Assembly: GCA_951812825.1 (NCBI GenBank)
Contig: OX638324.1
Span: forward strand, 1,051,141 to 1,115,140
Direction of reading: 5' to 3'
DNA from: an uncultured Dehalococcoidia bacterium
GTDB lineage: Bacteria > Chloroflexota > Dehalococcoidia > Lucifugimonadales > GCA-2712585
Length of the DNA: 64,000 nt
The translations under genes were made by a program, and so were the position numbers. Shown here piece after piece: positions 16,709-24,313 of the stretch. Under the pieces are notes generated by a model, which worked only from the letters and a program-made list of their open reading frames with translations, was not told where the DNA came from and made no database searches. Numbering within the stretch: position 1 is the first letter of the stretch; every line of letters begins with the position of its first letter.

Positions 16709-17670
16709 CTTATTCTCTCACAACATATAGTACAGGTTGTGTAGAATGATGGATGAGAAGAATAGCAATACGAACGATCATAGAGACATGGAAGGCAAAG
16801 GGAGAGAATCTATCGGCGACAGCTCGGGAACTGGGTATAGACCGGAGGACGGTAAAAAGGTGGGTGGACCGGGGACGACAACCCTGGGGATACGTTCGGT
16901 GGAAAGGGGTAGAGCGCCGGTCCACGGCGCCCAAGCGTCCCAGGCGGGCACTGGTGGGCGAAGCTGCCCTTTGGGTACGCAGATTAAGGGAAAGGACGGG
17001 CTTCTGCCGGGAGAAGCTGGCGGTCATAGCCCAAAGGGAGGGGGTAAAAGCATCGGCGTCTACCATTCACAGGTACCTGCTTCGGAAGGGTTTGATCCGG
17101 CCCAGCACCAAGAGACGCCGTCCCCGATACCAGAACGGTATGGTCATGAGGCCCAGTAACTGTCCAGGATTGGGCTATCTACAGATGGACGTGAAGTATG
17201 TTACGCCGGAGCTTTCCGGGTTGCCCTACACCTGCTACCTGTATGCGGCCCTGGACATCTCCACCCGCTACAAGGTGGGCCTCATTCTCCCCAAAGTGGA
17301 TGAGTCAAGTGCTCTCCTGGCTCTGTACCACGCTACCGGGAACCTGCCTTTCCCTGTGTGCTACGTGCAGACGGACAATGGCTTGGAGTTTCAGAGGCGG
17401 TTTCATGCCAAGTGCCAGGAGATCGGTGTGGAACACTTCTACATCCACAAGAGTTCTCCCAATGAGAACGCAGTGGTGGAGCGCAGCTTCCGCACCGACG
17501 AGGAGGAGTTCTTCTTCTGGCTGGAAAATCCTCCCCGTGACTATGGCCAACTGAACTCCTGGTACCAGAGCTTCCTCTACACCTACAATAACATCCGCCC
17601 TCACATGGGCATCAATATGCTTACTCCCAAGGAGGCTATCTCCCTGTACCTTAAGTCTTGAGAGAATAAG
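16709..17670 (+). mobile_element. IS481-family-like insertion sequence (copy 2) with 6-bp target-site duplication
   Basis: Inverted repeats of about 28 bp: CTTATTCTCTCA..AC.TA..GTACAGG at 16709 onward and its complement ending at 17670. They are flanked by direct GCGGCG (16703-16708 and 17671-17676). Confidence 0.8.
16753..17661 (+). CDS. IS481-like DDE (rve) transposase
   Basis: HTH ATARELGIDRRTVKRW. Catalytic blocks LQMDVKYV, VQTDNGLEF and PNENAVVERSFRT. The stop codon lies inside the right IR. Confidence 0.85.
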   Translation: MRRIAIRTIIETWKAKGENLSATARELGIDRRTVKRWVDRGRQPWGYVRWKGVERRSTAPKRPRRALVGEAALWVRRLRERTGFCREKLAVIAQREGVKASASTIHRYLLRKGLIRPSTKRRRPRYQNGMVMRPSNCPGLGYLQMDVKYVTPELSGLPYTCYLYAALDISTRYKVGLILPKVDESSALLALYHATGNLPFPVCYVQTDNGLEFQRRFHAKCQEIGVEHFYIHKSSPNENAVVERSFRTDEEEFFFWLENPPRDYGQLNSWYQSFLYTYNNIRPHMGINMLTPKEAISLYLKS

Positions 17671-17751
17671 GCGGCGTTGCGGGAGGGACGGGTTTTGAAT
17701 ACAATGGCCTTTTGGCGTTCCAAAATTCCGGTCGGTAGAGGTAATACGTAG

Positions 17752-19794
17752 ATGGCACCTGTAGAGATAGGCAAGATAAGAAATGCGGCCCTGCTTTCGC
17801 ACAGCGGAGCCGGCAAGACGAGTCTGGCGGAGGCGTTGCTGTTCAACACTAAGGCCATCAACAGGATGGGCCAGGTGGAGAGCGGGAACACGGTGTCGGA
17901 CTACGAAGCGGAGGAAGTGAAGCGGGCCTCAAGCGTGCAGGCTTCGATAATTCCGTGCATGGCGAAGGGGCACAAGATCAATTTCCTGGACACTCCCGGG
18001 TATGACGACTTTCGAGGAGAGGTGGTTTCGAGCCTGAGGGTTGTGGAAGGGGCGGTCATATTGGTGAGCGCGATTGCCGGCGTGGAGGTTGGGACGGAGA
18101 CGGCGTGGAGCATGTGTGAGGAGCGAAATCTGCCGCGGATTATCTTCATCAACAAGATGGACAGGGACAACGCGGAGTTTCAGCGGTCCCTGGACAGCAT
18201 CCAGTCGGCGTTTGGACGTGAGTGCGTGCCGTTGAACGTGCCCATTGGAGCGGCACAGGACTTCAAGGGGGTGGTGGACCTGCTGGACCCAAACGCAGCG
18301 GCGCCAGAGGGGTTGGAGGACTTTGTGGAGGCGGCGAGGGAACGCCTGGTGGAATCGGTGGCGGAGAGCGACGACGATCTGGCGACGAAGTACCTGGAAG
18401 GGGAAGAGCTGACGGCGGAGGAGATGACGGAGGGGTTGAAGCAGGCGGTGCTTTCGGGAGAGATTGTGCCCGTGCTGTGCGGTTCGGCGACGGAGAACAT
18501 GGGAATCGAAGAAGTGCAGCAGGCGGTGATTGACTACGTGCCTTCGCCGGACTCGGCGGAAGTCGCCGGGACGGAGCCGGAGTCGGAGGAGCCGATGGAG
18601 GTTGATCAGTCGGCGGACGCACCCCTGGTGGCGCTGGTGTTCAAGACTACGGCGGACCCCTTCGTTGGAAAGCTTTCGCTGTTCCGGGTGTACGGGGGCG
18701 TGATGAAGGGGAGCACGGAGGTGTGGGACGCGAACCAGGAGCAGTCGGAGCGGATTGGGCAGGTGTACACGATGTGCGGGAAGAACCAGGAGGCAACACC
18801 GGAGGTGGGGCCGGGAGACATTGGGGCGGTGGCGAAGCTGGCGGCGGCGACGACGAACGATACGCTTTGCCAGCGGGAAAATGCGGTGCTGCTGGAGCCG
18901 ATTGTCTATCCCGATGGACACTACACCATGGCGGTATCCCCGAAGTCGAAGGCGGACCTGGATAAGATGTCTTCATCGTTGACGCGGATTGTGGAAGAGG
19001 ACCAGAGCCTAAGGCTTGAGCGGGAAGCCTCGACGAACGAGATGTTGCTGACGGGGATCGGGGACGTGCACCTGGACACGACGGTGGACCGGATCAAGCG
19101 GAAGTTCGGAACGGAGCTGATGCTTCAGCTACCGAAGGTGCCGTATCGGGAGACGATAACGGTGGTTTCGCGGGCAGAGTACAAGCACAAGAAGCAGACG
19201 GGCGGACACGGACAGTACGGTCACGTGCTGCTGAGGCTGGAGCCCGGGGACAGGGATTCCGGGTTTGAGTTTGACAGCGAGATTTCCGGCGGGGCGGTGC
19301 CGAGGGAGTATATTTCGTCGGTGGAGAAGGGGGTAATGAAGGCGATGAGCGAGGGGGCGCTGGCGGGGTACCCGGTGGTGGACGTGAAGGCGGTGTTGTA
19401 CGACGGGAGCTATCACGACGTGGACTCTTCGGGCATCAGCTTTGAGATTGCGGGTTCGTATGCGTTCCGGCAGGGAATGACGGCGGGAAACCCGATGCTG
19501 CTGGAGCCGATAATGAAGCTGGCGATCCGGGTGCCGGATGCGTTCACAGGGGACGTTATCGGGGACCTGAATGGACGTCGAGGGCGAATTGTGGGGATGA
19601 TTCCTGAGACGGGAGCGACGGTCATCGAGGCGGAGGCTCCGAGGGCGGAGGTGCTCCGGTATTCGACGGACTTGCGGTCGTTGACGCAGGGACGGGCGAG
19701 CTACACGATGGAGTTCAGCCACTACGAGGGGGTGCCCCCGGTTGTCGGGCAGAAAGTGATTCAGGAGAGTCAGCGGGAGGAGGCCCGGGCTTAG
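17752..19794 (+). CDS. Elongation factor G family GTPase (EF-G paralogue)
   Basis: G1 SHSGAGKTSL, G3 DTPGYDDF, NKMD, and EF-G domain IV/V pattern HKKQTGGHGQYGHV...GYPVVDVKAVLYDGSYHDVDSS. It is not in a str-operon context. Confidence 0.8.
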   Translation: MAPVEIGKIRNAALLSHSGAGKTSLAEALLFNTKAINRMGQVESGNTVSDYEAEEVKRASSVQASIIPCMAKGHKINFLDTPGYDDFRGEVVSSLRVVEGAVILVSAIAGVEVGTETAWSMCEERNLPRIIFINKMDRDNAEFQRSLDSIQSAFGRECVPLNVPIGAAQDFKGVVDLLDPNAAAPEGLEDFVEAARERLVESVAESDDDLATKYLEGEELTAEEMTEGLKQAVLSGEIVPVLCGSATENMGIEEVQQAVIDYVPSPDSAEVAGTEPESEEPMEVDQSADAPLVALVFKTTADPFVGKLSLFRVYGGVMKGSTEVWDANQEQSERIGQVYTMCGKNQEATPEVGPGDIGAVAKLAAATTNDTLCQRENAVLLEPIVYPDGHYTMAVSPKSKADLDKMSSSLTRIVEEDQSLRLEREASTNEMLLTGIGDVHLDTTVDRIKRKFGTELMLQLPKVPYRETITVVSRAEYKHKKQTGGHGQYGHVLLRLEPGDRDSGFEFDSEISGGAVPREYISSVEKGVMKAMSEGALAGYPVVDVKAVLYDGSYHDVDSSGISFEIAGSYAFRQGMTAGNPMLLEPIMKLAIRVPDAFTGDVIGDLNGRRGRIVGMIPETGATVIEAEAPRAEVLRYSTDLRSLTQGRASYTMEFSHYEGVPPVVGQKVIQESQREEARA

Positions 19795-19799
19795 GGTGG

Positions 19800-19844
19800 A
19801 TCACCCTCATTCCTCGCCTTCTCCCAACGAAGGAGAAGCGAATC
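19800..19844 (+). repeat. Intergenic repeat, module C variant
   Basis: ATCACCCTCATTCCTCGCCTTCTCCCAACGAAGGAGAAGCGAATC (hairpin CTTCTCC/GGAGAAG). Confidence 0.6.
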
Positions 19845-19867
19845 TGGTCGGATAGGAGGCATTGGAA

Positions 19868-20293
19868 ATGGAGCAGGGTAAGGTGGTGTCTTTGTATTTG
19901 TGCGTGGGGCACCGGGAACCAATGGCGTCGCAGGAGCGGGTGACGGTGGCAGCGGGAGGACTGGAAGGCGATCGTCACAGGAACGTGAACAGCTTCCGGC
20001 AGATTTTGCTGATGGAGAAGGAGATTCTGGACGGGCTGTCGTTGAGTCCGGGGACTATCCGGGAGAATGTGACTATCGAGGGGCTGGCGATTCACGGGCT
20101 GCAGCCGGGGGAGTTCGTGCGGCTGGGGGAGGATGTGGTACTGGAGGTGACGGGGCTGTGCGAGCCGTGCAGCAGGATGGATGAGATTCGACCGGGGCTG
20201 CGAGTGACGTTGGATGAGCGTCGAGGGGTGCTGACGCGGGTGGTTGAGGGAGGCCAGATTGGGTTGGGGGATGGGGTGGTGGTTGGGGGGTAG
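19868..20293 (+). CDS. MOSC domain-containing protein
   Basis: GGLEGDRH...RENVTIEGL...GLCEPCSRMD. AGGAGG lies 9 nt upstream of the ATG at 19868. Confidence 0.7.
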   Translation: MEQGKVVSLYLCVGHREPMASQERVTVAAGGLEGDRHRNVNSFRQILLMEKEILDGLSLSPGTIRENVTIEGLAIHGLQPGEFVRLGEDVVLEVTGLCEPCSRMDEIRPGLRVTLDERRGVLTRVVEGGQIGLGDGVVVGG

Positions 20294-20305
20294 GGGACTG
20301 GGGGG

Positions 20306-21982
20306 TTACATGCGGGTGGGGGCGGTCATGCCCATTAGGGTGAGGCAGCGGTGGAGGGCGACGCGGGCGGCGGCGGTGAGTTTGAGGCGGGCGGCAGTGA
20401 GGTCCGCGTCTGACGGGTTGTTGGAGATGACGCGGCAGTTTTCGTAGAAGTTGTGGAAGGCGGTGGCGAGCTCCAGGGTGTAGTGGGGCAGGTGGTGGGG
20501 TTCGAGGGTCTGGGAGACTTTTTCGACTATCTCCGGCAGCAGGAGCATCTTGCGGATGAGGGTTAGCTCGTGGGGGTCTTCCAAGAGGGAGAGGTCGGCA
20601 TCGTCCCACGCTAAGTCCTGGTCCTGGGCGCGCTGGAGGATACTGCAGATGCGGGCGTAGGCGTACTGGACGTAGTAGACGGGGTTTTCCGAGGACTCTT
20701 TGGTGGCGAGTTCGAGGTCGAAGTCCATCTGGGTGCCGGGGGCGCGGGCTAGGAAAAAGTAGCGGCAGGCGTCGGGTCCCACTTCTTCTACAAGCTCCTT
20801 GAGGGAGATGAAGTCGCCGCTGCGTTTGGAGGCCTTGACGAGTTCGTTGCCGCGCTTGAGGGTGACCATCTGGGTGATGATTATCTGGAGGCGGTCGGGG
20901 TCGACGCCCATGGCGCCGACGGCGGTTTTGAGGCGGGTTATGTGTCCCTGGTGGTCGGCTCCCCAGACATTGATGACGGTGTCGAAGTCTCGTTGGAGGA
21001 ACTTGTTGTGGTGGTAGGCCATGTCGGAGGCGAAGTAGGTGGGTGCGCCGCTGGAGCGGACGACGACGTTGTCGCGCTCGTCGCCGAGGGCTTCGGAGGA
21101 GAACCAGAGGGCACCGTCGCGGGTAGCGAGATGACCTTCGCTTTCAAGTAGGTCGAGGGTCTGCTGGTATTCGCCGCTTTCGAAGAGGGTGTGCTCGCGG
21201 TACCAGACCTGGAAGGTTACGCCGAGGGATGCGAGGTCTTTCTCGATGTGGGAGACCATCTTGTCGCGGGCAATGTTGCCGATTTCTTTGACGGCTTCGT
21301 CTTGTTCGATGCCGGCGAATCGTTCGCCTTCGTCGTCGAGGATTTCTTTAGCGAGGTCGATGACGTAGTCGCCCTGGTAACCGTCGGCGGATAGCTGGGC
21401 GTCATCGCCGAGGATTTCGAGGTAGCGGGCGTAGACGGAGGAGTAGAAGAGTTCCATCTGAGTGCCGGCGTCGTTGACGTAGTACTCGCGGGTGACATCG
21501 TGGCCGGCGGCCTGGAGTACGGCGGAGAGGACGCTGCCGAGGACGGCGCCGCGGGTGTGGCCGACGTGGATGGGGCCTGTGGGGTTGACGCTGACGAATT
21601 CCACCATGACTTTGCGGGGGTCTGCAGGTTGGATGGAGCCGAAGTTTTCGGCGGCGTCGAGGATTTCGGCTACCTGTCGCTGGAGCCAGTGGGTGTTGAG
21701 GCTGAAGTTGAGAAAGCCGGGGGGCGCGGCCCAGACTTTCTCGACAAGGTCGTCGGTGGGTATGAGGCCGGTGAGGGTCTCGGCGATGTGGATGGGTGCG
21801 AGGCGGGTGGCGCGGGCGAGGCGTAGGGGAAGGCTGGTGGCGAAGTCGCCGTGGTCAGGGTTGGAGGGTCGCTCGACCTCGACAGAGGGGATGTCGTCCA
21901 GGGGGAGGAGGTTCTGGCTGCGCGCGGCCTCCAGGGCACGTTCGATTTTGTTGATTATGAGGTCTCTGGCGAGGGGGGGCAT
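20306..21982 (-). CDS. argS: Arginine--tRNA ligase
   Basis: SVNPTGPIHVGHTRG (HIGH region), ...GADHQGH..., class-I anticodon-binding tail ending ...GMTAPTRM. Start trimmed to Met55. Confidence 0.9.
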   Translation of the reverse strand: MPPLARDLIINKIERALEAARSQNLLPLDDIPSVEVERPSNPDHGDFATSLPLRLARATRLAPIHIAETLTGLIPTDDLVEKVWAAPPGFLNFSLNTHWLQRQVAEILDAAENFGSIQPADPRKVMVEFVSVNPTGPIHVGHTRGAVLGSVLSAVLQAAGHDVTREYYVNDAGTQMELFYSSVYARYLEILGDDAQLSADGYQGDYVIDLAKEILDDEGERFAGIEQDEAVKEIGNIARDKMVSHIEKDLASLGVTFQVWYREHTLFESGEYQQTLDLLESEGHLATRDGALWFSSEALGDERDNVVVRSSGAPTYFASDMAYHHNKFLQRDFDTVINVWGADHQGHITRLKTAVGAMGVDPDRLQIIITQMVTLKRGNELVKASKRSGDFISLKELVEEVGPDACRYFFLARAPGTQMDFDLELATKESSENPVYYVQYAYARICSILQRAQDQDLAWDDADLSLLEDPHELTLIRKMLLLPEIVEKVSQTLEPHHLPHYTLELATAFHNFYENCRVISNNPSDADLTAARLKLTAAARVALHRCLTLMGMTAPTRM

Positions 21983-22118
21983 TTGTCTTTTTCTGCGTGA
22001 AGGATAGGGAATAATGATAACAGAGTTGGGAGCGGGGGGGCTATGGGGAGAGGGATTAGAAATGAAAGGAAGGGGGAGATTGCTATCTATGAACACCATC
22101 CTTGGACTGTTTCCGAAC

Positions 22119-22790
22119 CTACATGCCAATGCTGGATATGTCAACGTCCTGGGTGGTTATGTCCGTCAGAAACTCTCTGGGTTGTCCATTAAACGCAGCC
22201 TTGATAATGGTGTTGCTTCCGTTTTCTGTTTCAATGGGTAACGTGCTGTAGGGAATGCCTAGATGCTCCGCAGCCTCCAACAGGTACTTTATATCGAATG
22301 TTATGGCGCACCTGTAAATAACCTCTAGCATCCCTTTGTCAAGAACGATCATTGGAGGGGCCTTATCGCAACCAAGCAGTTCGGCAATATATTGGCCTGA
22401 CTTTTTATCGGGAAAGTACATTGCTGGACCAGCACCCACATATATTTGGCAGTGAGCCAAAGCGTTGCGGGCAAATATGAACGCCTCAAAGTCATTATTT
22501 GGTTCCTTGTTCCAACAAGGGACTATCTTGCTGAACTTCTTGATGAGTGCTCTGTCTCCTAACCGAAATAATCGATCTATTTTAGAACCTTGATATTTGG
22601 TTTGTGGCTCTTGATTCAACAGAACTCGGACGTATTGTGACCTTGCCGATGAAGTCGATTGATGTAATGCCACCATGGTTGCCATTGCGGTTACGTGCCT
22701 TCGAAGATTCACATAGATGATTCCCAAATCCTGATAGTAAGTGTTGTCTTCAAACTGGAATACAACTGGTGTTGCCTTTTCTAGTTCCAC
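22119..22790 (-). CDS. Hypothetical 223-aa protein with Rx4H (HEPN-like) motif, low GC
   Basis: A GTG start overlaps the stop of the upstream methyltransferase (TAGTG). Motif FIFARNALAHCQIY spans R137-H142 of the track ORF (nt 22452-22469). GC is about 45% (27/60 at 22261-22320), against about 63% in argS. Confidence 0.55.
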   Translation of the reverse strand: MELEKATPVVFQFEDNTYYQDLGIIYVNLRRHVTAMATMVALHQSTSSARSQYVRVLLNQEPQTKYQGSKIDRLFRLGDRALIKKFSKIVPCWNKEPNNDFEAFIFARNALAHCQIYVGAGPAMYFPDKKSGQYIAELLGCDKAPPMIVLDKGMLEVIYRCAITFDIKYLLEAAEHLGIPYSTLPIETENGSNTIIKAAFNGQPREFLTDITTQDVDISSIGM

Positions 22791-24220
22791 TATCGCCCTC
22801 CCCGTTGCCAGGCGGTGAGTTTGACGGCTAGGTCGTCCATGGTGCCGGTGGCTTTGAGGCTGTTGCAGTGGCGGCATAGGAGTTGGGAGTTTTCCAGGGT
22901 GTCGGGGCCGCCCTTGCTGCGAGGCCAGACGTGGTCGATTTCCAGCATGTGGAAGGCAAAGTGCTCACCGCAGCCGTTGCAGTCGCCTTCCTGCTGACCG
23001 TAGAGGGTATGCTTGATTTGTCGGCGGGGCATTTTGGTACCGTCGGAGCGGACGGGGGCGCTGGTGTGGACAGAAAGGGTACGGCCACCGATATCCAGGT
23101 TAGTCTGGGCCATGCGATAGCGTATTTGATTGACAGCATTGGGGGAAATGTCGATGCCGGCCCAGCGACGGCCCAGCTTTTCGGCGGCTATACAGGTGGT
23201 GGCGCAACCGCAGAAGGGGTCAAGCACTACGTCTCCTTCGTTGCTGCTAGCCACAATAATGCGCTCCATTAAGGCCAAGGGCTTTTGTGTGGGATACCCG
23301 GTACGTTCTTTAGAATGCGAGGATATCATTCGAATGTCTGCCCAAAGATTTTGGACTGGCTTGCCTTTCAATTCGTCTAAGAACCGCTTACGTCGAATCC
23401 TACCCGTTGGATTTGATGGGAAATGCAATCTGCCTTCAGCATCCCACTGTTCCATCTTAGCTTTCGATATGGCCCATCCCTTTTGTGGGGGAGGATATCC
23501 CTTGTATTCATAGATCAGGTTTGGCCGTAGGGCGGGATTTGCCAAGTTGTCCGTTCCATAACGGCGTCCATTATCGTCGATATATTTGAATGTACGCTTA
23601 ATGTAGTCCTGATATTGCGGGTCGTCCATGGTGTATTGGGTTTCGAATGAAGCTTCGGAGCTCTTGGTATAGAAGAGGATGGTGTCTGTTACAACGCCAT
23701 AACGCCTTGACTTATGGACCGCGCTAGACGCACCTTGTCGACGTTTCCATACAATTTCATTCATGAAGTTACCAAGCCCAAAGACACCGTCCAGCACTAG
23801 TCTCAGGTAACTGTTAGCCGTGGGGTCGCAGTGGAGATAGAGGCTGCCGCTGGGTTTGAGGATGCGGTGGAGTTCCACGAGCCTATCTGCCATCATCACG
23901 AGGTAGCTCATCATTCCCTTGCCATGCACCTTCCCTGCCGCTTCGATTACAGCGTAGACACCGGGATGGGTGTCTGCCAGCCGCCCCATTGCGGCGACGT
24001 CAAGGTCGGAGAGCGTCCAAGTGTCTTTGAAGGCGGCGCCGGCGGCCTTGCTGCCGATAGGGGCGGCGTAGTCGCGGTTGGAGTTGAAGGGTGGGTCGAG
24101 GTATATGAGGTCGACGCACTCGGAGTCGATGCCGGGGAGGATTTCCATGTTGTCGGCGGTCCAGATTGTGCGGTTGGCAAAGTTCATGGTGGTTCCTGAC
24201 GAGGATCGGTTCGTATTCAT
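22790..24220 (-). CDS. Beta-class (Mod-like, N6A/N4C family) DNA methyltransferase fused to a C-terminal HNH nuclease domain
   Basis: Motif IV LIYLDPPFNSN (nt 24086-24097) precedes motif I VLDPFCGCATT (23195-23227), which is the beta-class order. The C-terminus CNGCGEHFAFHMLEIDHVWPRSKGGPDTLENSQLLCRHCNSLK (22853-22984) is an HNH signature. An alternative start is Met12 (24187), which has an AGGA SD. Confidence 0.8.
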   Translation of the reverse strand: MNTNRSSSGTTMNFANRTIWTADNMEILPGIDSECVDLIYLDPPFNSNRDYAAPIGSKAAGAAFKDTWTLSDLDVAAMGRLADTHPGVYAVIEAAGKVHGKGMMSYLVMMADRLVELHRILKPSGSLYLHCDPTANSYLRLVLDGVFGLGNFMNEIVWKRRQGASSAVHKSRRYGVVTDTILFYTKSSEASFETQYTMDDPQYQDYIKRTFKYIDDNGRRYGTDNLANPALRPNLIYEYKGYPPPQKGWAISKAKMEQWDAEGRLHFPSNPTGRIRRKRFLDELKGKPVQNLWADIRMISSHSKERTGYPTQKPLALMERIIVASSNEGDVVLDPFCGCATTCIAAEKLGRRWAGIDISPNAVNQIRYRMAQTNLDIGGRTLSVHTSAPVRSDGTKMPRRQIKHTLYGQQEGDCNGCGEHFAFHMLEIDHVWPRSKGGPDTLENSQLLCRHCNSLKATGTMDDLAVKLTAWQRGGR

Positions 24221-24240
24221 TATACGGGGTTTGGGAGCTC

Positions 24241-24296
24241 ATGTGGGGGCTGGGGATGGGTACGCGGGAGCGAGCGGCTCGCGAGCCGCCCCTACC
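24241..24296 (+). repeat. Intergenic repeat cluster: G-run plus module B
   Basis: ATGTGGGGGCTGGGGATGGG, then GAGCGAGCGGCTCGCGAGCCGCCCCTACC. Confidence 0.7.
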
Positions 24297-24313
24297 AGAG
24301 GAGGGGAAAGGGA

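Noticed and set aside
17752-19794. EF-G-like GTPase considered as the selenocysteine elongation factor SelB, given Sec usage in this window.
   Set aside because: It has EF-G domain IV/V sequences and a 680-aa EF-G architecture. It does not have the shorter EF-Tu-like core with C-terminal winged-helix SECIS-binding domains.
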